The notes beneath the pieces were generated by a model. It saw only the letters and a list, made by a program, of their open reading frames with translations, was not told the origin of the DNA and made no database searches. Shown here piece by piece: positions 1 through 10,418 of a stretch of 64,000 bases of DNA. The DNA is taken from the NCBI GenBank assembly GCA_964019335.1, contig OZ025698.1, forward strand, positions 470,343 through 534,342, given 5' to 3'. The position numbers and the translations under genes were made by a program. The number at the start of each line of letters is the position of its first letter. Within the stretch, counting starts at the first letter, position 1. The DNA comes from Diplonema japonicum. Lineage: Eukaryota > Protista > Euglenozoa: Diplonemea.

Positions 1-2
1 CA

Positions 3-824
3 TCTGCGAAGGAGGCCGCAAGGTCTGGCAAAACGGCGTGGAATGACTCACGGCGTGCCAATTCCAAACAACCACGTGCAAAAGAAAAAGAGAAGAAGCC
101 GCAAGAACGGGCCCCGAAGCCTGTCTTCGAGCTATTACTCGACGAGTGTAGAGCGGACAAGTCGCACACGGGGCCGGGGACATCGCCCATGGCGCTGCTG
201 GGCGTGGCGCTGATGGGTGAAAAGCAAACGGCGAAGGAAGCAGAAATGATAAGAGAAATCAACGAAGAGATCGCATACCCCCCACCATCGAGAACAACGG
301 TGAAAGAAGAGGTGAAAGGTACGAAGACAAATGGACTGCCTGCGGGATCGGCGGTCCGCGCCTGCAAAAAGAAGAACGCCTGCATGTCCACCACCGGGTG
401 TGAACGGGACAACTGCTTGGTAAAGAAACGCCTCCGAGGGGAGTGGGTGAGGGAGGACTGGCTGCTGATGTCCAATGGGCTCCCAGTTCGTAATCACTGT
501 GGGGAAAGACTGGCAGCAAGGCAGAAGGCCGTCATAACCGAATCGCTGATGCAAGGGACTGCCCCAAGTATGCCGCGATCACATGACGTTGCCCAAGGCG
601 TTCCCCTGCGGGCTGTTAAGAAGAAACGAGGCAATCGAACACAGTCACGCACAAAGAAGCCGCGCAGTCAAGCTTCCCCTGCAGCGGACGCTGACCCTGA
701 CGGCATAGACACAGTTCGAAGAGAAATCAAACGCTTGCAAGATATCTTGCATGCAAAAGCCCTTGCCCTCGCTGTGGATGCTGACCTCGGCAACCATGTT
801 GCGAAAAAGATAGCTGTTCCTTAG
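3..824 (+). CDS. 3' end of a hypothetical protein (runs off the window start)
   Basis: The frame of ORF 189..824 is open back to position 3. It has a basic/charged composition, and the stop is followed by a T-rich tract like other genes here. Confidence 0.55.
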   Translation, partial: SAKEAARSGKTAWNDSRRANSKQPRAKEKEKKPQERAPKPVFELLLDECRADKSHTGPGTSPMALLGVALMGEKQTAKEAEMIREINEEIAYPPPSRTTVKEEVKGTKTNGLPAGSAVRACKKKNACMSTTGCERDNCLVKKRLRGEWVREDWLLMSNGLPVRNHCGERLAARQKAVITESLMQGTAPSMPRSHDVAQGVPLRAVKKKRGNRTQSRTKKPRSQASPAADADPDGIDTVRREIKRLQDILHAKALALAVDADLGNHVAKKIAVP

Positions 825-1459
825 TATTCACCACTTTCTCTCTTTTTTTTCTTTTTTTTTTCTTTTCCCTTGGCCCGAGCGTATCCATCACCCGCCCAAT
901 GTGATATATGTACGAGAACCTCCAGCTTGGGGTAGGCGAAGCGCTGCACGTGCAATGGAATCCTCCAGGGGTACCCGTTGTAGGCCGTTCTGATCAACGC
1001 GCTGCTGTCATCATGGTCAAGGAAATCGGACACTTGACGAAGGCGAAAACAACCACTTACGCCGATGATGACGATATACAGCAGAAAGTCAGAACGACAC
1101 GTACAGCAAGCTGTAGGTAGGGTATCCGAGTTCTGTGACATCACGGGGATGGCTCTGAACTACGAGAAGGGTAACAACTAACGCCAAATAGTGCTGCAAG
1201 CAAAGCCCCATTTTTTTTTCTTTTTTTTTTCGTTTTCTTGGTTTTTGTTTTGTCTTTCTCCCCCCCCCCCCCCCCCCCACGTGCCTATTCTGAGTATTTC
1301 CACCCCTCCCCTTTTGTTCTCTTCTTCTTCTTCTCCTTGCAAAAAAAAAAAAAAAAGATCGGTTTCTGAACATTTCTTCTTTCTTCTTCTTCTTTTTAAC
1401 TCCGCGCAGATTTGATTTAAAAACAAAAAGGAGAAAAAAAAAGAGAAAAAAAACACCTA

Positions 1460-2833
1460 ATGGGAACCATCACACTACACGTCAAGGCAAACGGAGGTGG
1501 AACTGTCTCAGTGGATGCCGAGGGTGGGTGGACGGTAGGGAGGGTGAAGGAAGAAGCTTGCAAGGAGCTGGGTTTGGAGAGCAGGGTAACGGTACTGATT
1601 TTCGAAGGAGAGGATTTAACAGAGGGTGAGGTCAACGGCATAGGTGCCGGGGACGGGGACTGCTTAGAGCTCCGTGTCGACAACGTTGAAATCGCACACT
1701 GCAACCTGGAAAAAACCACCTTGAGGAACAAATACGATCGGTTTGGAGATCTGGTATCAAAATCTAACGTTGCAGCTGAACTGTTTGCGGCAGGTGAGTA
1801 CACTCTGCTGACAGACCTCTTCACAGCCTCTTCGGACTATGAAGCTGCAACCTGTGTAAAATACTTGGTAACAAGTGTGCGATCAACACTTTTCGAGTTT
1901 TTGGAAACGCTTCCCGAAGTACACAAACACCTGGACACCTTCGCCGTGTTTCGATGTGTTGTGTTAAGCTGCGATGCCCCCTCCACAGAGTACCTGGTTT
2001 CACAGTTCGGGACAGCACATTTCGCTTCTAATGGCACACTCCTTGTCGAGTACATGGAGCTACCGCGTAACAATGCATCGACCGTTAAACAGCTTATTGG
2101 TTATGGATGCGTGGCGAGTACGTACTGTTCGATGCTGTACCTCGCGAAGCATTCAGCTTTGCACATTGAGGTTCTTGAGGTTTTGCTTGAAGCTGGGATG
2201 TTGGATCTGTCCGCGGTGAACGAGGCGGGTCAAACACACTTGATGGTCGCGGCTCAAAGCATCCACTTTGCAAGCACCGTTCCCTTCCTGTTAAGGTGTA
2301 TGAGCTCTGTGACCGCAGTCGATCGGAAAGGAAGGACCGCTTTACATTTGCTTCACATGACTAATACCGCACAACCCTATGATGAGTTTTCCCCTTGTAT
2401 CACCATGGTTGATAAGGCTGGATGGACGCCCTTTATGTATGCCATCAAGAGGTTCCACGTCAGTGATCTGATCTACACTCTATCTGTGTATTTCCCCCAC
2501 GATACTGGAATGTACGATCGGTGCGACAGGCAAGGTGACAGCCTCTTGTCTATCGCTGCTGCCCGTTGTGTTGATTCCCCTCTGCCCATGCTCTTGGAGC
2601 ATGCCAAGGGGCACCTGGAGCCAGATGCTTTTGAGAGGGTTTTGAATCGGAGAAACTACAAGAAGCTCTCCCCCTTACAAGTTGCTTTGAAAGGTGGTGC
2701 CATGTGCAACATTGAGGCTTTGCTTGAAGCCGGCTGCTGCACAAAGGGAGCTTTCGGCATCCCCCATCTAAGCAAGAGAACGAAAAAATTGCTTATATTA
2801 GCAGAACGAAGGACACACCTGCTGACTGTGTAA
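1460..2833 (+). CDS. Ubiquitin-like N-terminal domain + ankyrin-repeat protein
   Basis: Ubl-like N-terminus (ITLHVK...TVGRVKEEAC...LIFEGEDL...GIGAGD) and ankyrin motifs (GQTHLMVAA, GRTALHLL, GWTPFMYAI, SPLQVAL). ATG follows an A-rich leader. Confidence 0.8.
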   Translation: MGTITLHVKANGGGTVSVDAEGGWTVGRVKEEACKELGLESRVTVLIFEGEDLTEGEVNGIGAGDGDCLELRVDNVEIAHCNLEKTTLRNKYDRFGDLVSKSNVAAELFAAGEYTLLTDLFTASSDYEAATCVKYLVTSVRSTLFEFLETLPEVHKHLDTFAVFRCVVLSCDAPSTEYLVSQFGTAHFASNGTLLVEYMELPRNNASTVKQLIGYGCVASTYCSMLYLAKHSALHIEVLEVLLEAGMLDLSAVNEAGQTHLMVAAQSIHFASTVPFLLRCMSSVTAVDRKGRTALHLLHMTNTAQPYDEFSPCITMVDKAGWTPFMYAIKRFHVSDLIYTLSVYFPHDTGMYDRCDRQGDSLLSIAAARCVDSPLPMLLEHAKGHLEPDAFERVLNRRNYKKLSPLQVALKGGAMCNIEALLEAGCCTKGAFGIPHLSKRTKKLLILAERRTHLLTV

Positions 2834-2980
2834 GCCCTCTAACACAATCTGCCGAAAAGTCAGCGGGGAAAAAAAAAAACTTTTATTATTTTCTTTTTCT
2901 TGGGTTTTGCAAACTCACCATTCTCCAAGGAGGCAGGGGGGGAAGAGGGAAGGAGGTGGAAGGAAAAAAAGGGAGTAACA

Positions 2981-3619
2981 ATGGTGCTCATTACTCTTTA
3001 CGGTGACCCAGAAATCATGGGGCGGATAAAGACAGACAGCCGACGGGGGCAGACTGTGATGTTTGATCCAAGCCGACCGTTAGACCAGCCGGGGGCAGCT
3101 GGAGTTATGAAGAAGCTGCTAAAGTGGGAAGAGATGGCAGGAGGGCTTGAGGGGCTGGCAGATATGTGGGTTTGGTATGAAGAGGATAATGGGGAAGACA
3201 CCTTCACAGCAACGCACAACAAGGAGAGGCGCAAAAGCTACACAAAGCCAACCCAAAAGGGCCGGTCAGCCAACTACGTGGACAGGCGTATGTGAATGGG
3301 GGGAACTACTGATTTTTTTTTTTTCTCTTCCAGGTTGTACCTTGCCAGGCCTGAAAAGCCGCGACCACCCCCCCCTCCTGTTGTTGAGAAGCCGAAGGTA
3401 CCTTCTAGTAAAAAAGCCAAGCCGCCAGCACCTGCACCCTCTGCGCCTGTGCAACAGCCGCCACCTGCTGTTCATGTCCCTGCTCCAGCTCCAGCTCCAG
3501 CTCGGGTCATAAAAACTGCACCTCCTTTAGTGGTGGCGTGCCCTGTGCCTGTTGTGGACTGGGACAACTTCGTCAACTACTGGGAGTCTCAAGCGGATGA
3601 AGAAATGAAGACTTTGTGA
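2981..3619 (+). CDS. Hypothetical 2-exon protein with Pro-rich C-terminus; join(2981..3285,3334..3619)
   Basis: Two adjacent ORFs join in frame across a 48-nt intron (gc...ttccag, 3286-3333) that has a strong pyrimidine tract, giving ...ANYVDRLYLARPEKP... Confidence 0.55.
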
Positions 3620-3648
3620 AAATGTGTAAGAAAAAAGAAAAAAAAAAG

Positions 3649-3719
3649 GAAGAAGAAGAAGAAGAAGAAGAAGAAGAAGAAGAAGAAGAAAGCGAGAGAG
3701 AGAGAGAGAGAGAGAGAGA
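3649..3719. repeat. Compound (GAA)n-(GA)n microsatellite
   Basis: Directly visible. Confidence 0.9.
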
Positions 3720-3759
3720 AACAGCTTGCCCTCTTTTTTTTTTTTTTTTTTTTTTTTTT

Positions 3760-5080
3760 CGGCTGGGGATTGCCCACAAAGGTCACACCCTAGACCCGTA
3801 CTCTACGGTGGTCTACAAGGCCATTTCAACCCTAGGGCGTCTATGCACACGCCAGACGAACAAATCCCTCTTCGTTTCATGCTGGGAGACTTACAGGTAC
3901 ACGAAGGAACGGAACGGAACACCGTCGTTACCGAAAGGACCATTTGGCAATGCAGAGGTTCGGCTTCGAGACATTGGGACCAGATGGAAGGACCTTCAGA
4001 TGCTACCGCAAGGCATACAACACCTGAAGCATGAGATCAGAACGCTGTTGAAGGACAGCTACGTGGCGGGCTCGCCGAAGAGCGAGAGACTTTTGGAGGG
4101 ATCGAGACGGGCATTGACGAACCTCCTACACAACGAGATGGCGGTCGCCAACTCGCAGAAAGCGAGGAAGTTACTTTGTGCAATCACTGGCGCCATACTG
4201 CCCCTTCATCCCAGAGCCTACGGCGATTGTCAGGCACACGTGCGAAATGCCTTGGGTGTGACGCACTCTACGACGTTAGGAATGGAACCAGCAGCCTCTA
4301 TAGGACAGCCAACGCCGACCGCAAGTGGCTGGTGCAAGAACACAGGAGCTGGCCGATCTGCACCCAGATACACGGAATCATTACAACGGACTCGGACATC
4401 AGCCTGCCAAGAGTCAAGGAACTCCACCTGATGCTTGCAGATATTGCAGGAAAACTCGAATGTCTGCACGCCGACAAGCAGGTCAGGTACGCAACCAGCA
4501 TTTCTGGAACAGACCTTTCCAGCCAGGGAACACCCCGAAACCTCACTTGGTACAATCCCTTTATCCTCAAATGGCTGAAAGCCCTCAAGTGGGGCAAGGA
4601 CGGTGGGCAGGTGTCCAAGGCGGAACTTGCAGTCGACCTAATCGCAACAGAAAGTACCCACATGGATGGTGAAGACCTAGCGAGCTGGGCAAGAAAAATC
4701 GGCGGAATCCTAAGAGTTTTGGACAGGATTCACCTAAAAGGCACGGGGAGTCACCTGATTCCAGCAGAACCTAAGAAATCAGTACACTCTTTGCGTACCC
4801 TAGGGCTCCACAGCCATCTCATCACTGGGTACTCCACTCGACCGGTCTTCGCATCCCCGAAGGTCACCCACCCTATCCTAGAGGAACAGTTACGAACTCA
4901 TTGCATCCTCAACAACTCGCTAGTTGGTTTCACGCCCAAGCTGCTGAAAAGATACCACGACAGGCCTAAGGCACTACCACGACAGGCCTAAAGCACTACC
5001 ACGACAGAAGGGATCAAACACTAGATGAGTTGATTGTCGTTAGGCGATCCTGTCACATACTGCAGGTTCCCTCAAAGACA

Positions 5081-5082
<2 letters not shown>
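3760..5082 (+). mobile_element. Decayed 5'-truncated non-LTR retrotransposon 3' fragment, flanked by T-runs
   Basis: Frameshifted overlapping ORFs (3616..4431, 4176..4991) carry post-RT-like motifs: LLCAITGA, CLGC zinc-finger remnant, WPICTQIHGII, WLKALKW..VSKAELAVDL. Poly(T) lies on both sides and there is a 22-bp tandem repeat near the 3' end. Confidence 0.5.
4953..5007 (+). repeat. 22-bp tandem repeat, 2.5 copies
   Basis: taccacgacaggcctaa(g/a)gcac x2 + taccacgacag. Confidence 0.9.
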
Positions 5083-5130
<48 letters not shown>

Positions 5131-5566
5131 GAACAGTGAGCCCCGTGCACTGGAACTTTATCGATTTTTTTCCTCCCCTACCCCCCCCCCCCCCCCCCCC
5201 CCCCTTGTCGATACTTTTTTTTCTCTATTTTTCCCCTTTGTACCTCCCCCTTCCCATTTTTTTTTGTTCTATTATCAGCTTGTTACCCTTCGGCATCTTG
5301 GATTTTAATCAGTTTTCAGTTGCCGTAAAACAAAAAAAAGCTCCGAAACCGCCGAATCTTTTTAGAATTTTTTTCCCTGTCTAGACACCTCCGGGTGGGG
5401 CTGTTGTTGGAGGAAAACGGGAAACGGGTTTCCGTTTTCCTTATTCTTTTAGAAATTTAGGGAAGCGCGTTTTCCATTGTATGAAAACCCCCAAGAAAAA
5501 AAAGAAAAAAAAAAGATTATAACCTGGGGCTAATATAAACCACCAGGAGGAGGGGTTGGAGGGAAG

Positions 5567-5597
<31 letters not shown>

Positions 5598-5602
5598 AGA
5601 AA

Positions 5603-7325
5603 ATGCCTCCTAAAAAAAAGGAGGAGCCTGTTGAGGAAGCCCCAAAGGTCCCGAAGTACCTAGACAGGGTGAGGGAGAACGTCTTGAGAGGGGAAGGTGG
5701 GGAGGAGTTGTGCGCAGAGATCATGCAGGACGTGGTGAAGATGGCGGAGGAGCAAGTGTTACTGAATTATTTCGACAGGACGGCCATCCCGTACACCGTG
5801 CAGTGCGTGTGCAAGGAGCTCCTCGACTTGGTCCAGTTCGTATTTGTTGCAAGAGACGCAGGCGACATGGGCAAGGAGGCAGTGGCATCATGGGCACCAG
5901 ACACTGAGCCCTCCCCGTGCCCCACGGACACGTGGGCTAGAGGTGCCGTACCAGTTAGACGAAAGACTGAAGCGGCCGAGTACGACCTTCGAGCCACCTC
6001 CACTCCCAACCGCAAGCGTGACGAGAAGGACCGACTGAAATACCAATCCTCCCTCAAGGAGTCCAACGTCTTATCACAGACCATCACCACCTCGGACACC
6101 TCCCGTGCCCGTGCCACCCCGTCCAAAGCTCTTAAAAACAAAGAACACAACTCGTCGAAAACCGCAGCCCCCGAAGCAAGGGAGACCAAAGATGATGACT
6201 CGCTCACAGCACAGAAACAAGAAGCCCGGCGTAGGGCAGAGATGCGTGACGCGGCTGAGAAACAGAATCAGGTGTGCGCGCGTTTTTTTTTGTGTTTTTT
6301 TTTTTCTTTTTCTTTTTATTATATTATTCCCATTCGCTCGCAGACCCTTCGGGAGCTTAAGTCAGGAAAGGAGTACATAATCGACTCGATCAACGGTAAG
6401 GTGATTCCGGTGAAGAACGTGGACCCAAAGGTATTTTTTTTCCCCCCCCCATGTTCTCTTCTTAACCAACCAACAGCGGTTGCCGTCGAAACGCCTGGAC
6501 ATGAAGTACGAGATCGAATCAGAAGGAGACAGGAAGCAGGACGAAAGGGAGCAGCGGAAGATGTCGGTGGCTGCGGTGAAACCTGCACCGAAGAAAAAAC
6601 CCGGGAAAAGAGAGGAAAAGACAAAGTGGGGCGAACACGTGCAGCCGGAGGACACACACGGCCCCATGGTGGTAGGTGCACTGCCTGTGGGAGGTGTCAC
6701 TCTACGGGAGGGTGACAACAGCCAGAGAAACGATATTAAGAACCCGAAAGGGAAGGTTAGCAAGACCGAGTATCGGAAGATGCTGGACGCCATGGGGGTG
6801 TCCCGTGGCACCGTCGACATGGAACAGAGCGAGCAAAATTCGAAGCAAGTGAATGCTGTCCCAGTGCCCAACCCAGCTACACCGCATGAGGACGCAAAAC
6901 AGCAAGACAGGCTGGCTGCAGGAACGGCATTTGCTGCAGTTATCCAACAGCAGCCTGGACAACCCACACGCACGGCCCCTGTCATGTCATCACCGTCACG
7001 ACCAGAGCCACCCATTCAGCAGCGTAAGCCGCAAACATACAAACCTCAACAGATCGCCCCCATACCCAGTAATAGGCATACCTCGAACAAAGGTGATCTC
7101 TTACACCCTAAAGGACGTGATAGGAAGATTGTCTTCTCCCCCAGACAGCATGAGCGGCCTGCACCTCTCCCGCCTCCACTTTACCCAGCAACTCAAGGAC
7201 ATGGGAAGACAACTGGCGAACTGGGACGGACCAACCCTTTCTCCGATCACAGCAGCAACCCTCAATCTCAGGCGGGCTCCCCTTCTGCTGGGATTAAGAT
7301 CGCTGCTGACATGGAAGGTTTGTGA
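5603..7325 (+). CDS. C2orf81/DUF4639-like protein; join(5603..6271,6344..6430,6477..7325)
   Basis: The N-terminus (GEELCAEIMQDVV...AIPYTV...FVARDAGD...WAPDTEPSPCPTDTWARGAVPV) resembles the C2orf81 conserved block as I recall it. Two GT-AG introns (72 and 46 nt) keep the frame. Confidence 0.7.
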
Positions 7326-7916
7326 ATAAAGGGGGAACAAAACAAAAAAACAAAAACAAAAAAAAAAGGAAACGAGCTTACTGAGGATCTTCTGCATTCC
7401 ATTTACGAGGACACGCGGGAGTACAACGCTTGAGGGAGGGAGTTTTCGTTCTTTTTTTTTTTTTTTCTAAAAAAAAAAAAAAAAAAAAAAGAAGATGTTA
7501 ATAAATAAAAGAAAAAGAAGAAAGAGAAGAAAAAAAAAAAAAAAAAAAAAAAAACCATGAATGGAGTTCATTAGTTTAAATTTTATTCTTGATTCTTTTC
7601 ATTGTTGTGGAACAGCGTGCTTCTCGGCTAGGTATTGACGTCCGTGTAGACTATGAGCCGACAGTCCCTGGCAGGAAGGATGCGGCGCATCTTGAGGTCC
7701 TGTCGCGCAAAATCTCCGAAATCTCCGACTTCATCAAGCCAATACTGCATTTTCCAAGCAAGTCCATGGTGAAAACCTGGTTTTTTTTTTTAGTGACTGT
7801 CCAATGTGGATTTTATTCTAAAAGGCCTCTAAAACGCATCTTTACAGGAGGTGGTTTGGCAGGGAATCGTAAAAAGGGAGAGAGGGGGGGTGGTCCCTCT
7901 CCCTGAAGGCATTCCC

Positions 7917-8816
7917 ATGGGCGAGGCTTTGCTCCCGAACATATGGCAACCTGACGAGGTTTTTAATTACTGTGGGAAGTGCAAAGCGCAGTTTGGAGTG
8001 GTGTGCAGAAAGCATCACTGCAGGCATTGCGGGAATGTCTTCTGTGGGCGGTGCTCCGCGTTCACCCGCCAGATGGAGACGGAAGAAAGGGTCTGCTGGA
8101 TATGCCACGAACTGACCAGAAAATGGAATGGAAAGCTCGCAGCCCGACCCCTCCCACCCAGGATGTTCATGGAGGTCCTAAGATACGTCCCACCATCTGA
8201 ATACGGGAGACTTTCCAAGGTTTCGAGTGGATGGCACGGTGTCTTGACACATCCAGTTGTGTGGAAACGTGTCGCGGTAATGTTTCTACCCCGGTTGGGA
8301 GTGCATGTTGAATCGTACCCACAATGCCTTTCCGAACTGGAAAACTACACAGGTGGAGGTGGCCGGCTGGCTGCCAACCCGAAAACTGAACCTGGGAAAC
8401 AAATATCCACACCTGCAAAGGAGACGGTACCCATCTCACCATTGGCTTCAACTAGTGAAAGGTTGCATGCGACTTTAATGCAGACCACAGACCACAATGG
8501 GCTGTGCTGTCTCGAGCTTCCTCATTATCTGAACACAGCTGCGAACACCATTGTGCGGCGTGACTGGTCTGTTGCATTATCGAGGCGCCTCGAGGCCCCA
8601 CAGGATGCGGGCAACCATTACATCCTCACCATTCACATCCTCTTGGAAGATGTACGAAACTGGAGGTTTTTCGTGATGCAAAAGATGCTGGAGCTCGGCT
8701 ACAGGGACTTCGAGTACCCGGTGAACTCTACACTGTTCAAGCACTGCGACGTCGTGCAGGCTGTGATGGGGTCGCTGGAGAGGCGGTTGGGGAGGCTGCC
8801 CATGGTTGGGCAGTGA
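7917..8816 (+). CDS. FYVE zinc finger + F-box-like protein
   Basis: WQPD..CGKC..F....RKHHCRHCGNVFCGRCS...RVCWIC is the FYVE signature, followed by LPPRMFMEVLRYV...LSKVSSGW...HPVVWK (F-box-like). Confidence 0.85.
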   Translation: MGEALLPNIWQPDEVFNYCGKCKAQFGVVCRKHHCRHCGNVFCGRCSAFTRQMETEERVCWICHELTRKWNGKLAARPLPPRMFMEVLRYVPPSEYGRLSKVSSGWHGVLTHPVVWKRVAVMFLPRLGVHVESYPQCLSELENYTGGGGRLAANPKTEPGKQISTPAKETVPISPLASTSERLHATLMQTTDHNGLCCLELPHYLNTAANTIVRRDWSVALSRRLEAPQDAGNHYILTIHILLEDVRNWRFFVMQKMLELGYRDFEYPVNSTLFKHCDVVQAVMGSLERRLGRLPMVGQ

Positions 8817-9035
8817 TTTCTTTCTTTTTTTTTCTCTTTTTTTTTGTCCCCCCTCCCCCCGCTCCCATCAGTGACATTGCTCTTTGAATTTTATGCAACC
8901 ATTTATTTTATTATTCGATGCGAACACCGGGTGAGAGGGGAGAAAAAAAAAAAAAGAAAAAAAAAAAGAGGGTGGAACCGGTGGGCGAGAGGAGGGGGTG
9001 GGAGAGAAAAAGAAAAAAAAAAAAAAAAAAAAGGA

Positions 9036-10229
9036 ATGCCGCCTCAAAAAAGGGAGACGCTCATCACGACGATGTCGGAGCTCTGCCCGATCCTGGCCGC
9101 TTCTGTGCACAGCCCGGAGCTGCTTGGAGAGTTCTGTGGCGGCCTCAACAATGCGATACGGCTGCCACTAGAGAACCTGTCAAAGGGTCTGATAACAGAA
9201 CTCAACCTGCAACACTCCGAGGAGGAGGAAGACATGGTCGATCGGCACGAAATCCGGTATTTCCGGGAAGCGATCATGGGTGCTCCATCTACAGCACTGG
9301 GGGTCAACAATGGGCTCATAGATGGGTACAGATACCTGCTGGAGTCATTCTTCGATACATATCCGTCAATAGAACGATTGTTGCTGGACATGATACCCCC
9401 GTCGGGAAACTGCACAGAATGCCTCAAGGAGGCAAACAGGCAGTGGTGCAACCGGTACCCAGTGGATCCAGATTTCGCACCTCACCCTTGTGAGAAGCAG
9501 ACCGTCCCTGTGGTGGATGCAGAGGACCGTGTCAAACTGATTTTAACACTCAATTTAAAACTTCACTATCCTGAAGAGGAGACGTGGCAACCCCTCCTTG
9601 CGTGTCGCGACCAAATAGTTTGCCAAGTCGAGCAACTATTGCGGGAAGATGCCGTATCTCTAGACAAGCTCCCCGCAGATCTGAAGAGCGTTCTCTTTTG
9701 CTTAAGAGTATGAAGGAAAGAAAAAAAAAAAGAAAAAAGAAAACCAAACCATCAGTCATCAATTTGTTCTCTGCGGCCTTATATTTCGCCTTACGATATA
9801 TGGGATACGCTTATAGGGAGGCTGTGCAACAGCATCGAGAAAGTGGAGGTTTTTTTGGAAGGGGTTGAGCAAGGTATGATGATTTTTTTTTTTTTGAATA
9901 ATATTTCAACCATCAGAGAGAAAAAGACGGCAGAGCAGTGGAAACGTCCTGTCCAGGGTGTTCGGGCAGTTGATGCGAAGCAGGCCTAAAAAACCGGCAC
10001 GAAATGATTCTTTTGAAAAGGTATAGGGGAGTGAGGAGTTCAGTGTTTATTTATTTTTTTCCCTTAGGTTTCGCAGGCCCAACAACTGCAAGCAGAGAAG
10101 CTAAAACAGACATTTTTAGTACTGGTGGCGCAAGTAGAGGAACACGAGCCGAGGCCTGACGAGGAGGCCTATGATACCAACCAAAACCAAGAAGAGCTCC
10201 GGGCCAAAGAGGACGAGGAAAGTCCCTGA
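9036..10229 (+). CDS. Hypothetical 4-exon protein; join(9036..9707,9756..9873,9917..10020,10068..10229)
   Basis: Three GT-AG introns (48, 43 and 47 nt) link four exons with matching phases into one open frame ending ...KEDEESP*. The ORF track shows only exon 1. Confidence 0.7.
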
Positions 10230-10418
10230 CAGTCCGGATGTGTAGAAAGGGTTCCCTCCCCTCCCCCCCTTCTTTTCTTCCCACCCTTCCCTCTTTCTCC
10301 CCTGAACAAAGAAAAAGAAGGGGGAGGGGAGGGGTGGGCTTTACACAAAACGTTGCATATGCACGAATGCTCTCTGCACCACCACCCCCACCCCCTCCTC
10401 CCCCCCCCTTTTTTTTAA

